Assembly (NCBI GenBank): GCA_965231045.1
Contig: OZ246406.1
Coordinates: 386,208 to 450,207, forward strand
Source of the DNA: an uncultured Candidatus Saccharibacteria bacterium
GTDB taxonomy: Bacteria > Patescibacteriota > Saccharimonadia > Saccharimonadales > JAGQNJ01
Reading direction: 5' to 3'
Length of the DNA stretch: 64,000 nucleotides
Shown here: positions 35,806-45,255 of the stretch, one piece after another
How the letters are laid out: each line of letters starts with the position of its first letter
Numbering within the stretch: the stretch's first letter is position 1
Notes under the pieces: generated by a model
Database searches by the model: none
What the model was told of the DNA's origin: nothing
The model's input: the letters and a program-made list of their open reading frames with translations, nothing else
Translations under genes and position numbers: made by a program

Positions 35806-37219
35806 GACTTTCGCCGTATAACCTAAGCTCTTCTAAGAGATATTGTTGCTTTTGACTTAATCTAGCCTGCTGGGAGAGTTCTTGGATTGTATTAAAGTAC
35901 TGGGCTAATCGATTATCTTTACCACCAACTAACTTAAGTTCGCGGTAGCGTTCCCAAGTTTTTCGTTCATCAACAGTTAATTCCTTTGGGAAATTTCGTG
36001 CTTTGTACAAAGGCCAAAGAGCAACGAGTCGTTTATCATTGAATTGATTTTCAATATCTTCAAGTTTTGAAATTTCTGTACTATGAATTTTGTTCATTAA
36101 CTTTTTATCAGAATCATTTATAAACCCATCGTAAAGTTGAGTATCAACAGTCTGTTCAGTCTCGATCAGTCTGGCTTGTTGTTTTTTATCCAAGATTTCT
36201 AAGGCTTTCATAAGATTTTGCACAAACTCTGGGTGTTTTTTAAGAATACTTCGGTGCTTTTCTATTTGTTTTAGATCAATATTAAGTCGTTTTTGAGCCG
36301 ATTCATCTAACACTCCTAGTGGTGCTACCGCCGGGCAACGATTATACTGCAGCGTCTTCACTGGTAGACGAGGTTCTGGATCATCCCAGGCACGAGTCCA
36401 ATACGTCACAATTTCCTCTGGAGATAGTTCAACAAAATCTTCGGGATTAACGCGTAGATCATATACGAGAGCTCCTTGCCTAGCCGGATGATCAGCGATT
36501 TTTAAGGCAATCGTAGTTTTTTCGTACTCACTGGAGTATTTACCACTGGAATAAACAAACGGCTGGCCACTACCAACAAGATCCGCAATTTTCTTTTTGT
36601 CACGCATATTCAGCAAATACTCAAATAACTTTGGTTGTTTATCTCTTATCATTCGGGCAACATCTATAGTTGCATAGACATCACTCAGAGCATCATGGGC
36701 GTTAGAGTGTTCAAGCTTATTGAGGCTAGTTAGAAGTTCCAGGCGATTACTAGCCTTGCCATCGCTGGACACTGGCCACTTTATGCCGTCAGGCCTAAGA
36801 GCCCGAGTCATACGCACCACATCTAGTAAATCCCAGCGCGAACGTCCATCTTTCCACTGCCACTCATAGGCATCATAATAATTTCTATACTGCAAAAAGC
36901 GCATGAACTCATCATCAAAGCGTACCGAGTTAAAGCCGACGAAAATTGTATCTGGAGTGGCAATTTCCTTGCTAAAAATCTCGAGAAATTCAACTTCTGT
37001 TAAACCATCGGCTTTTGTCGTTTGAGGCGTAATACCGGTAACCAAAATTGCACCTGGATCAGGCAAGGTATCATCGGTCATTTTGATCAAAAAGTTGTGC
37101 GGCTCACCGATAGGTTTAAGATCCATATCGACTCGCTGACCACCAAATTGCATAATCCGCGCTTCCCTAGGATTAAAGCCGGATGTCTCAAGATCGTAAA
37201 AATATAGCGTCTGACTCAT
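35783..37219 (-). CDS. sbcB: Exodeoxyribonuclease I-like (DEDDh 3'-5' exonuclease)
   Basis: 478 aa. ExoI-type N-terminus FYDLETSGFNP..IMQFGG, H-x4-D (NAHDALSD). Length fits ExoI. Confidence 0.75.
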   Translation of the reverse strand: MSQTLYFYDLETSGFNPREARIMQFGGQRVDMDLKPIGEPHNFLIKMTDDTLPDPGAILVTGITPQTTKADGLTEVEFLEIFSKEIATPDTIFVGFNSVRFDDEFMRFLQYRNYYDAYEWQWKDGRSRWDLLDVVRMTRALRPDGIKWPVSSDGKASNRLELLTSLNKLEHSNAHDALSDVYATIDVARMIRDKQPKLFEYLLNMRDKKKIADLVGSGQPFVYSSGKYSSEYEKTTIALKIADHPARQGALVYDLRVNPEDFVELSPEEIVTYWTRAWDDPEPRLPVKTLQYNRCPAVAPLGVLDESAQKRLNIDLKQIEKHRSILKKHPEFVQNLMKALEILDKKQQARLIETEQTVDTQLYDGFINDSDKKLMNKIHSTEISKLEDIENQFNDKRLVALWPLYKARNFPKELTVDERKTWERYRELKLVGGKDNRLAQYFNTIQELSQQARLSQKQQYLLEELRLYGESLIPDQGE

Positions 37220-37223
37220 CAGA

Positions 37224-38510
37224 CTAGTATTCTAACGCACCAATCTCAGGATCGCCAATTTGTATATTTGTACCGGGATCAATTTTCTTGCGCTCAATTT
37301 CGTGCATAATGCCCATTTTGCGCATAATATCACGGATTCTCTGCACGGCGTGCTGGTTGCTAAAGTCGGTTCGTTTCGCAAAACGCTCAATTTTCGCACC
37401 AGTTAGTACCCATCGATCAGCTTGATTTGCTAATTTCCAGCTAGTGTCTGGGGTTGTTAGACGAATAATTGGTAATCCTTCAGCTTCTTTAGGCTTCTTT
37501 TTGGCCTGTTTTTGTCGTTCTTTTTGAGCTATTTTATACAGTTGATAAATAAACGCTTTTACGCCGAGTTTACTTTTGGATGAAATTGCAAAGAATGGTG
37601 TACGAGCCGGTGCAACTTTTTTAAGCTTGGCCAGCTGATCGTCAACTATTTGTTCATCTAAACCATCAATTTTGGTAAGCACCACCACTTGGGGGCGCTT
37701 GGCAAGATTCTTATCATAATCGGCCAGTTCTTTCTGAATTGTTTTGTATGCCGTAGCTACATCTTCAAGATAGGCGTCGACAAGATGAACAAGCACACTA
37801 GTCCGCTCGATGTGCTTTAAGAATTCATCGCCCAGGCCTTTGCCCTGACTTGCGCCTTCTATAAGTCCAGGAATATCAGCTACCAGCAAACTATGCTTGT
37901 TATCAACGTCGACGACTCCTAAATTAGGGGTAAGCGTTGTAAATGGATAATTAGCGATCTCTGGTCGTGCGTTACTGATAGTTGCGAGTAATGTTGATTT
38001 ACCAGCGTTTGGCAAGCCTACCAAACCAACATCTGCAATCATCTTAAGCTCCAAACCAATCTCAAGTTGTTCGCCCTTTTCGCCCTTTTCGGCGACTTTT
38101 GGGGCTTGACGAGTAGAACTCACAAAATGCGCATTACCAAACCCACCTTTGCCACCGAGAGCAATAACCGCTTGTTGTCCGTCCTCAGTAAGATCGGCGA
38201 TAACTTCACCAGTTTCAAATTTGGAAACTACAGTCCCGACCGGTACATCCACAAATAAATCATGACCATTCTTGCCATGTCTTTTGCGCTTTGAACCAGA
38301 TTCGCCAGATGTAGCCTTTAAGAGTTTGTGATAACGGTACGTAGCTAATGTGTCTTGGTTTCGGCTAGCTCGAACAATTACATCGCCACCGTCACCACCG
38401 TCACCACCATCTGGACCACCACGATCAACATATATCTCATGTCGAAAACTGACGGCGCCATTGCCGCCGTCACCTGCTTGTACCATAACTTTAGTTTTAT
38501 CAACAAACAT
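37224..38510 (-). CDS. obg: GTPase Obg/CgtA
   Basis: Gly-rich Obg fold (GDGGNGAVSFR..GGPDGGDGGDGG), G1 GLPNAGKST, G3 DIPG, G4 TKID, C-terminal OCT-like domain. Confidence 0.95.
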   Translation of the reverse strand: MFVDKTKVMVQAGDGGNGAVSFRHEIYVDRGGPDGGDGGDGGDVIVRASRNQDTLATYRYHKLLKATSGESGSKRKRHGKNGHDLFVDVPVGTVVSKFETGEVIADLTEDGQQAVIALGGKGGFGNAHFVSSTRQAPKVAEKGEKGEQLEIGLELKMIADVGLVGLPNAGKSTLLATISNARPEIANYPFTTLTPNLGVVDVDNKHSLLVADIPGLIEGASQGKGLGDEFLKHIERTSVLVHLVDAYLEDVATAYKTIQKELADYDKNLAKRPQVVVLTKIDGLDEQIVDDQLAKLKKVAPARTPFFAISSKSKLGVKAFIYQLYKIAQKERQKQAKKKPKEAEGLPIIRLTTPDTSWKLANQADRWVLTGAKIERFAKRTDFSNQHAVQRIRDIMRKMGIMHEIERKKIDPGTNIQIGDPEIGALEY

Positions 38511-38687
38511 ATTACCCTAATTCTAAGGGAAAATTACAACATTTACCAGGGGTGGCTATAAAATTCTGGAAAGAGAAGGCCTGTTTCGCCAAAAGCGAAT
38601 TCGGATTCACTCCGAAAAGGCCGATGAGAAACCTGTGCCGGAGGTCCTATTTGCGTAGCAAATGGGCCGCGCAGAGGTGTCTCAATT

Positions 38688-39836
38688 CTAGTATATGTAA
38701 CCGTAACCTGCAGCTTGAGCTGGTGAAAGCGTACGACTACTAACACGGCCCCAACCCATAACGTTCATTTCACTTACATGAACTGTACCGTCTGGATCAA
38801 CAGATTCAACAAAACCAACGTGTCCATAATAATCTCGTGGTGGTGTCCAAATAACCGCGCCAGCTTGTGGCACATTACCAACACCTAAACCAGCCCGCTG
38901 AGCCAATATTTTCCAAGTACTAGCGTTACCTAAGTTGCTTGGAACAGGGCGGCCGATTTGAGAACGACGATTGGCGGCCCACCAAGTACAGTATCCATAG
39001 TCATAACCGTTAGATCCGTAAATTGGTCCACCGCCCCAGGCAAATCCACCACCAAGTGCAATATTAGAGACCGATGGTCGACCAGCAGCTGTTGGGGGGA
39101 CACCATTTGGGATAACAATATATTCACCTATAGGCAGTCCAGCAATTTCAGTGTCGTTAAAGGCCACGATTTGGTCTTGCTGGGCCCGATATTTTGATGC
39201 CAAACTATCTACAGTATCACCAGCCTTTACCTGATAAACGATACCATTGATTGGCGAGATGATAATCTCCTTGCCCGGTGTCAAAGTATCGCCAGTTAGA
39301 CCATTTGACCAACGGACAGTATCAGAAGTAATACCAAACTGTGCCGCCACGGATGTAACAGTATCACCAGCCTTTACCACATACTTCTTAATGTCCTTTC
39401 TGGACTTAAGACCAGCGGCAATAACCTGTGGTTTAGTAGTGATAACATCGTCTGAGGAAGTGATGGTTAGCTGAGCATTCTCCGTATCAGCCTTGTTTGT
39501 AACAGAGGTGGCTTCAGGTAAACCAACTACCCGGGCAACGTGTACAGCAATATCGGCAGATGATATTTGATCAAGAGGGTTCTGGGCTACTTCGGTGTTA
39601 GAGCTAGCCACAAGGTGTTGACTTGAAGCCTGCCCCTTACCAGATTGACGGGTAACAAACGATATAACTAGAACCAGAATTAACAGATTAGCTGCTAAAA
39701 GACTATAACGAATAGTACGCCTACGGTACTTCTTAGAGAAGGCACGTCGGTACCATTGGCGTTGTTTTAGATCTGATTGTATATCTGATAATCGAGCTGT
39801 TAAATCTCGATTAAGAGATTGGGGTGTAGTACGAAT
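38688..39836 (-). CDS. Peptidoglycan hydrolase: signal anchor plus 2x LysM plus CHAP
   Basis: LysM repeats (YVVKAGDTVTSVAAQFG; YQVKAGDTVDSLASKY) and a CHAP Cys/His context (YCTWWAANRR..GHVGFVE). The tracked start GTG 39611 omits an in-frame basic patch plus TM. Start proposed at ATT 39836 (uncertain). Confidence 0.75.
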   Translation of the reverse strand: MRTTPQSLNRDLTARLSDIQSDLKQRQWYRRAFSKKYRRRTIRYSLLAANLLILVLVISFVTRQSGKGQASSQHLVASSNTEVAQNPLDQISSADIAVHVARVVGLPEATSVTNKADTENAQLTITSSDDVITTKPQVIAAGLKSRKDIKKYVVKAGDTVTSVAAQFGITSDTVRWSNGLTGDTLTPGKEIIISPINGIVYQVKAGDTVDSLASKYRAQQDQIVAFNDTEIAGLPIGEYIVIPNGVPPTAAGRPSVSNIALGGGFAWGGGPIYGSNGYDYGYCTWWAANRRSQIGRPVPSNLGNASTWKILAQRAGLGVGNVPQAGAVIWTPPRDYYGHVGFVESVDPDGTVHVSEMNVMGWGRVSSRTLSPAQAAGYGYIY

Positions 39837-40006
39837 ACAATTTCTCCCGGTACACGAAACATAGGACAGAGTGTACCGATTGTTTTAACTGGTTATTAAT
39901 GATTTTTGCAAGAATCGACCTCTTGGCTTTCTCTAAACATCCAGTTAAAACGCAACTTATTTCATCTGTTATACCTCTATAACTTAGATATAAGTTGCTA
40001 GAGAAG

Positions 40007-40035
40007 AGTATAGCAAATTTTAGGGCGAACTACAA
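40007..40035 (-). promoter_or_regulatory. Promoter TTGTAG-17-(TGC)TATACT for the LysM-CHAP gene
   Basis: Minus strand -35 at 40035..40030, -10 at 40012..40007, with TGC immediately upstream. Confidence 0.55.
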
Positions 40036-40069
40036 TGTTTTTCATGCTTAACTACCTCTGTTGGGGAGA

Positions 40070-41113
40070 TTATTGGCAAAGCTTTTTACAGTGGTCTCTT
40101 GTCAATTGTTCGTGCTCTTGGATGGTATTTGAAAAGTACGTCTTTCCATCGTCGCCAGCCACAAAGAACAGATAATCGGTGCCGGCTGGTGAAACTACAG
40201 CTGCCAAGTCCTTATCTGTTACGTTGCTTATCGGTCCAGGAGGCAGCCCTGTATGCAGACGAGTGTTATAGGGTGAGTCATAAGTTAATGAGGGTGATTT
40301 ACCATCAAGAATTGAGCCATAAAACGCCGTAACATCAGATTCAAGCTTCATGCCACTTCTCATACGCTTTAGGAATACCTGAGCTACAACCGGCTTATCC
40401 TCGGGGTTACTAACTTCACTGTCAATAATTGATGCAAGTGTTATCCCCTGATGTAAGGTTAACCCCTGTTTTGCTATACCCTGTCTAATAGTTGGCGTTA
40501 AGCGTTTTTGCATCTCGTCTAGAGAAGCCATAACAATCTGCTTTGGAGTTGTTTCTGAGGTTTTTTGGAACGATTCAGGATATAAATAGCCTTCAAGACT
40601 TGCCCCAGCTGGTTTATCAACTAAGGCTGGATGATTGGGATAATTTTCGGGCTTTAGTGCCTCATCGACATCAGCAGGTTTAAAACCACTGTTAATTAGA
40701 GCTGCCCGAACTTGATCAATACGCTTACCTGGTAAAATTGTTACCAAATCAGTGGCAACCTCACCTTTAGCGATGACCTCAGCTATTTCTGAAGTACTTT
40801 GACTTGGGGTAAACGAATAAGTTCCGGCCTTAAGTGAATCTCGAAGATTATGGCTGCGAACATACCATTCAAATGCCCACGTTTGTCGGATAAGTCCCGC
40901 ATCTTTAAGATCTTTGGAGATCTCTTGAACTGATGCGCCCTCGGGTACAGTTATTAACTTTTGCGTCTGGAGGTTACTCACAGGTTGCAAACTAGCATTA
41001 TAGGCTCTACGAACAGCAAATATTGAACCGAGCAAAATAACTGCTGCAATAGCGCAGAGAATAACGAATCGTGATATCCATTTACGTTTGGTATTTGGGG
41101 TTACATCTTTCAT
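40070..41113 (-). CDS. mltG: Endolytic murein transglycosylase MltG (YceG-like)
   Basis: Likely start MKDVTPNTKRKW; the tracked extension overlaps ruvX. N-terminal TM, LysM-like GTYSF segment, catalytic-region LASIIDSEV. Confidence 0.85.
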   Translation of the reverse strand: MKDVTPNTKRKWISRFVILCAIAAVILLGSIFAVRRAYNASLQPVSNLQTQKLITVPEGASVQEISKDLKDAGLIRQTWAFEWYVRSHNLRDSLKAGTYSFTPSQSTSEIAEVIAKGEVATDLVTILPGKRIDQVRAALINSGFKPADVDEALKPENYPNHPALVDKPAGASLEGYLYPESFQKTSETTPKQIVMASLDEMQKRLTPTIRQGIAKQGLTLHQGITLASIIDSEVSNPEDKPVVAQVFLKRMRSGMKLESDVTAFYGSILDGKSPSLTYDSPYNTRLHTGLPPGPISNVTDKDLAAVVSPAGTDYLFFVAGDDGKTYFSNTIQEHEQLTRDHCKKLCQ

Positions 41114-41120
41114 AGTGCCC

Positions 41121-41534
41121 CTAAAGTATCTCAGAATGTAGGTAATCTTCCAAAATCTGTCTAGCTGCCACCATATCAATGTCTTCTTTTTTGTACGGTT
41201 TCTTACCCTGTTTTAACTCCTGCTCAGCTATCACAGAAGTCACAGCTTCATCTTGAAATACATAGTCTATTTTAAGCTTGTCTTGAAAGGTTTTACTGAA
41301 CTCTCTAACATAAGTCGTCTGAGCTGTTTCCTGACCCTCTAGCCCTCTTGGCAGTCCAATCACAACTGTATCTACATGATTTTCCTCAATCAGTTCTTTG
41401 AGCTTATCAAATAGGTCTTCATCGTTGATAAGAGTAGTTAGTGGAGACGCCATACGGGCAATACTATTGGCCAAAGCTACTCCAATTCTGCGTTGTCCCA
41501 CATCTAGAGCCAAGATGTATTTGGGTTCAGCCAT
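41121..41534 (-). CDS. ruvX: Holliday junction resolvase-like RuvX (YqgF)
   Basis: ILALDVGQRRIGVALAN N-terminus, 137 aa. Confidence 0.9.
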   Translation of the reverse strand: MAEPKYILALDVGQRRIGVALANSIARMASPLTTLINDEDLFDKLKELIEENHVDTVVIGLPRGLEGQETAQTTYVREFSKTFQDKLKIDYVFQDEAVTSVIAEQELKQGKKPYKKEDIDMVAARQILEDYLHSEIL

Positions 41535-43216
41535 TAATTCGCCTTTTGTAGCACTATGGTGATTTTACTGGTTTTCTTTGGAGTTTTACTAACCCAGAAC
41601 GGGCTATAGCTAACTTCGACATCTTTAACACCAGGGATTTCTTTAATAGTATTCTCTGTATCACCCTTCTTCTTGCCGGCTATATCATTCTTAAGCTGAT
41701 TTTCATCTATCTTAGGGCCAACTGCCAATTGAGTACTAATGGTTAGGGATGTATCGCCATTGCCCTCAGTTTTGACGACTTTATATTTAGCATCTTTAAA
41801 GCCGTAATCTTGAATCTGCTGTTTATTACTGTCGATTTCAGAACTCATTGACTTATCAATAACCTTCTTAAGATCATCTTCCTTTACGCCAATCATCTGA
41901 TAGGTGCCCTTGCTAGTCACCGTAACTTGTGAACCTTCTTGATCAACATCCGGGCTAACCGTAACGGCAGCATCTTTGAGCGTAAAGGTATCTGTCAAGG
42001 CCAGGTAACCTTGGTCTTCTAGATTTTTCTTGAGTTGTTGTTTGGCTGCCTCGTCGGTATTTGATAGTTTAGCCTTAGCAGCATCGACATCAGATTGTGA
42101 GACAACTGTGACGACTTTGCTCGTCCCCCCACTTGCGCTCCCAGTTGCAGACACATCACTTCGTCCAGCAACTGCAAAAGTCGCCGACCCGACATTTGAG
42201 CCTTCTCCGGAGTTTTGAGCAGTTATACCAACTGAACCTGACTTAAAGTTGATACATCCACCAGATATGCTTTCGAAGCTAAAACTAGCTGCCGAGCTGG
42301 TCGTAAAGCCAATGTTATTCACAGTTAAGACTGTCCCTGCGGGCACACTTGCAGGTGTACTGAGTCCTGTGCAATTCTTGGCAGTCATCGTAACCGTTCC
42401 GGATGCTTTACTACCGACGTCTTTCTTGCCGGTAGCCGGGGCAGATTGGCTATCAGATTTAGGTGATTGGGCAACTTTGGATGGAACTACTGAGTTACTT
42501 TCGTCAACACTTTGAGCACTTGCACTAGCCGTAAAGTTTACTTGGGTGTCTTTGCTTGATGTGTCAGTTTTAATCGTTACTTTGGCCTTTGGTAAAACAA
42601 AAAAGGCAAATATACATAAGACTATCAGGGCAATAATTCCGCCACCGATTAAGAAAAGCCGCTTGCGGAACTGGTCAAAATTAGGAATTTTATTCTTTTT
42701 GTCCTTCTTATTTTTGGCTTTTTTGGCTTTGCCCGCGGCTACGCCTGCTCCTGCAGCATCTTCAACTGGTGCATCGTTATCAACTTCGATAGTCTCTTCG
42801 GGCTGTTGAGTTGTACTCTTGGTCGCTAACTCACCAACAGTTTGTGTCGCATCAATCTCGCCAGTTTCAGCTTCTGAACTTTCTGGCACATCTTCAGCGG
42901 GCTCATCCGCTGGCACAGTTTCATCAGGTGGCTGAGGAACTTCTGGCTTGGTTTGGAGATTTTTAGCAACGTATACACCTGCGGCTCCAGCCAGAGGCAT
43001 GAGCCCAGCTTCAGAAGTAATCAAAACTAGATTCTTATCAGCATTGTCAGCTGCCCGCTTTAAGAGTTTCATATTTACAACACTTTGCAATACAGTCGCC
43101 CTTTTAGGCAAAACCAAGGCTACAATTTTGGAATTACTGGCCTGAACTTTATCAATGATGGCGGTTATTTCGTCATCAATGTCTATATAAATTGTGTCCT
43201 TTTCTGCAGAACTCAT
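41534..43216 (-). CDS. Bitopic membrane protein, unknown function
   Basis: Cytoplasmic head of about 95 aa, acidic/Pro linker, KKxK patch plus TM (LFLIGGGIIALIVLCIFAFFVL), Ser/Thr-rich ectodomain of about 350 aa. Stop overlaps the ruvX start. Confidence 0.6.
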   Translation of the reverse strand: MSSAEKDTIYIDIDDEITAIIDKVQASNSKIVALVLPKRATVLQSVVNMKLLKRAADNADKNLVLITSEAGLMPLAGAAGVYVAKNLQTKPEVPQPPDETVPADEPAEDVPESSEAETGEIDATQTVGELATKSTTQQPEETIEVDNDAPVEDAAGAGVAAGKAKKAKNKKDKKNKIPNFDQFRKRLFLIGGGIIALIVLCIFAFFVLPKAKVTIKTDTSSKDTQVNFTASASAQSVDESNSVVPSKVAQSPKSDSQSAPATGKKDVGSKASGTVTMTAKNCTGLSTPASVPAGTVLTVNNIGFTTSSAASFSFESISGGCINFKSGSVGITAQNSGEGSNVGSATFAVAGRSDVSATGSASGGTSKVVTVVSQSDVDAAKAKLSNTDEAAKQQLKKNLEDQGYLALTDTFTLKDAAVTVSPDVDQEGSQVTVTSKGTYQMIGVKEDDLKKVIDKSMSSEIDSNKQQIQDYGFKDAKYKVVKTEGNGDTSLTISTQLAVGPKIDENQLKNDIAGKKKGDTENTIKEIPGVKDVEVSYSPFWVSKTPKKTSKITIVLQKAN

Positions 43217-43379
43217 GTAATAACACCTTTCGCATACGAAAAGTTCATATTGTTAATGCAACTTAATTGTTCTTGCGACAAAGAGTACCTGTGCGTACTG
43301 TGCGAAACAAAACAACTAATTTGCTTAGCAAATGGGCTTTGTAGTAGAAACGGTATTGTTATATGAGTTCTAGCCATAC

Positions 43380-44693
43380 TTATACTTGTAACATCCTATC
43401 AATTTTTGCGCGAATCGAACTTCCAGAATTATTAGCATCTTGCTGCAGTGTATCAAGGCCAACCCTAAGTAATCCCATCGCTGTTATAAAGGTGTGGTCG
43501 TTCACCGTACCCGTCTTATCAACTATACCGACAACTTGATTTGGTTGAATATGCTGAACGACTGGCTTACGTGTAAATGGTAGTTCTCGGTGCCATTGCT
43601 CGGTTTCAAGTTTATCCATGAGCATGTCCAAAGATGAACCACCTCCACAAAGTAGAAGACGATTGGGTAGATGATCCAGCTGATCAAACTCACTCAGGGC
43701 AAGCTCAACACCACTAATCCAAACATCCAAGGTTTTGCGCAGGGCATCACGTGTAGGTTTAATTTTATCTGGGGCAATTTTATGAGTTGAAAGACCTAGC
43801 TTCAATTCTTCGGCTTCACCAAAATCAACACTCATTTCACGTTCAACCGATCGGGTGTACGCCCGACCGCCAATTCCAAACATCTTGGTACCTTGCACGC
43901 CACCATCATTAATAACCGCGATATCAGTTGTACCACCACCAACATCCATAAGAATTGCGCTCATACTTGAGCCACTATCATCACCAATTACCGAACGAGC
44001 AACGGCAAATGGTTCGGCAGCGACAGCCAGTAGATCAAGGTCGAGTTCTTGAGCCGTGCGTTCCAGCGCCCCAATGTGTATCAGTGGCGCGAAAGCCGTA
44101 TATAGCTGTACGATGACGTCACGTCCCTGAAAACCTATTGGATTAGTGACTTTATAACCATCAATTTCAATGCCAACTAACGCACTGTTAACCAGTCGAA
44201 TATCAACTTCTTTGCCACCTAGCTCCCATGCCAAAGTTTTCCGGGCTTTTTTCTCGGCCTTTTCTTGCACCAGGTGAATGATTTTTTCAACTTCTTCAAG
44301 TGATAGAGGCTTTTCGGCGTTACTTCGCCTAGCCTTAACAGTAGTGGTCGTACCTTTTACAAGCTCGCCGGCAATACCAATTACCACCGTCCGGGCGCTT
44401 ACCCCCGCTTGTTGCTCAGCCTCATTAAGAGCTTTATCACAATTGGCGACTACACCTTGAATATCAGCTACTGCTCCGGCTTGCATATCACCCAGATTTT
44501 GGTGAGCTCGTCCAACACCAATAATTTGAGCTCCCTCACTGTCAAACTTAGCAATCAAAGCCTTAACAAACTCTGTTCCGATATCCAGAGCGACAATGTA
44601 TTTATCATTTTTTTGTTTGCCTACAGACTTGACCTGTTTAAGGCTCTTTATTTTATCAAGCATAACTTCTTTTATTTTAACATAAGAAGCCAA
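43380..44693 (-). CDS. Actin/HSP70-fold ATPase, FtsA/PilM-like
   Basis: Phosphate-1 ALDIGTEFVKA, phosphate-2/adenosine DVGGGTTDIAV, C-terminal LCGGGSSL; 437 aa. Confidence 0.65.
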   Translation of the reverse strand: MASYVKIKEVMLDKIKSLKQVKSVGKQKNDKYIVALDIGTEFVKALIAKFDSEGAQIIGVGRAHQNLGDMQAGAVADIQGVVANCDKALNEAEQQAGVSARTVVIGIAGELVKGTTTTVKARRSNAEKPLSLEEVEKIIHLVQEKAEKKARKTLAWELGGKEVDIRLVNSALVGIEIDGYKVTNPIGFQGRDVIVQLYTAFAPLIHIGALERTAQELDLDLLAVAAEPFAVARSVIGDDSGSSMSAILMDVGGGTTDIAVINDGGVQGTKMFGIGGRAYTRSVEREMSVDFGEAEELKLGLSTHKIAPDKIKPTRDALRKTLDVWISGVELALSEFDQLDHLPNRLLLCGGGSSLDMLMDKLETEQWHRELPFTRKPVVQHIQPNQVVGIVDKTGTVNDHTFITAMGLLRVGLDTLQQDANNSGSSIRAKIDRMLQV

Positions 44694-44715
44694 GTTAAAA
44701 GAGTTAGCTTTCAGC

Positions 44716-45099
44716 TTACTTTAAGGTTGTGCGAGGTTTTGGTATGAAGGGGCGAAGCGGCATTCGAGTTTCAACTATCCCCAACATTGCTCGATCCGTT
44801 AGATCGGCAGATGTAATCGCTATGTGTCCCATAACTATGGCTTCGCCAAGTGCAATATCTACCTCGTTGTCTTTAGCATATAGATTTAAGCTCTCAGGCA
44901 AGATGCTATTACGTACCAAACTAGCAATAGCACCAAATTCCCGGCGATCCCAAATAACTTCAAGAGAAAACCGACCTAGATCGTTTGGTTTTCCAGTACC
45001 AAAATACTCACCAGACAAATATTGCCTCATATCAGTAGGCTTAAGCGCGTATTCACTGACGCAAACTTCATCAAAATGTTCACCAAAAGTTCTTGGCAT
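44716..45099 (-). CDS. Hypothetical protein (127 aa)
   Basis: ORF with GAGGAAA SD-like sequence upstream; no family recognised. Confidence 0.5.
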   Translation of the reverse strand: MPRTFGEHFDEVCVSEYALKPTDMRQYLSGEYFGTGKPNDLGRFSLEVIWDRREFGAIASLVRNSILPESLNLYAKDNEVDIALGEAIVMGHIAITSADLTDRAMLGIVETRMPLRPFIPKPRTTLK

Positions 45100-45176
45100 T
45101 TTTCCTCACTTCTTAGAAACAGAGGTAAAGTATACGCTTTTTTATGGCTATTGCAATACTTGCTTTTATGCGGCGA

Positions 45177-45203
45177 ATTCCAGCGCTAGATGCTTCTTCT
45201 TTG
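45177..45203. repeat. Direct repeat copy A (displaced alaS 3'-end fragment)
   Basis: 27 nt identical to 45336..45362. Read on the minus strand it continues as ..KEEASSAGIRRIKAS.., mimicking the AlaRS C-terminus. Confidence 0.85.
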
Positions 45204-45255
45204 CACTTGCTTTCGAAATAAATTCGAATCCGCTTTACAGCGGACCGCTCACTTC

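Noticed and set aside
39837-40006. c-di-AMP (ydaO-type) riboswitch upstream of the cell-wall hydrolase gene
   Set aside because: These riboswitches often precede such genes. However, the hallmark ACGGGGA / CCCG..AGCUAACC type conserved blocks and the pseudo-twofold architecture are absent.
45222-45250. TTCGAATCC T-loop-like string suggesting a tRNA
   Set aside because: There is no flanking T stem, acceptor arm or anticodon arm. The local structures are simple hairpins (CCGCT-GTAA-AGCGG and TTCGAA-N5-TTCGAA).
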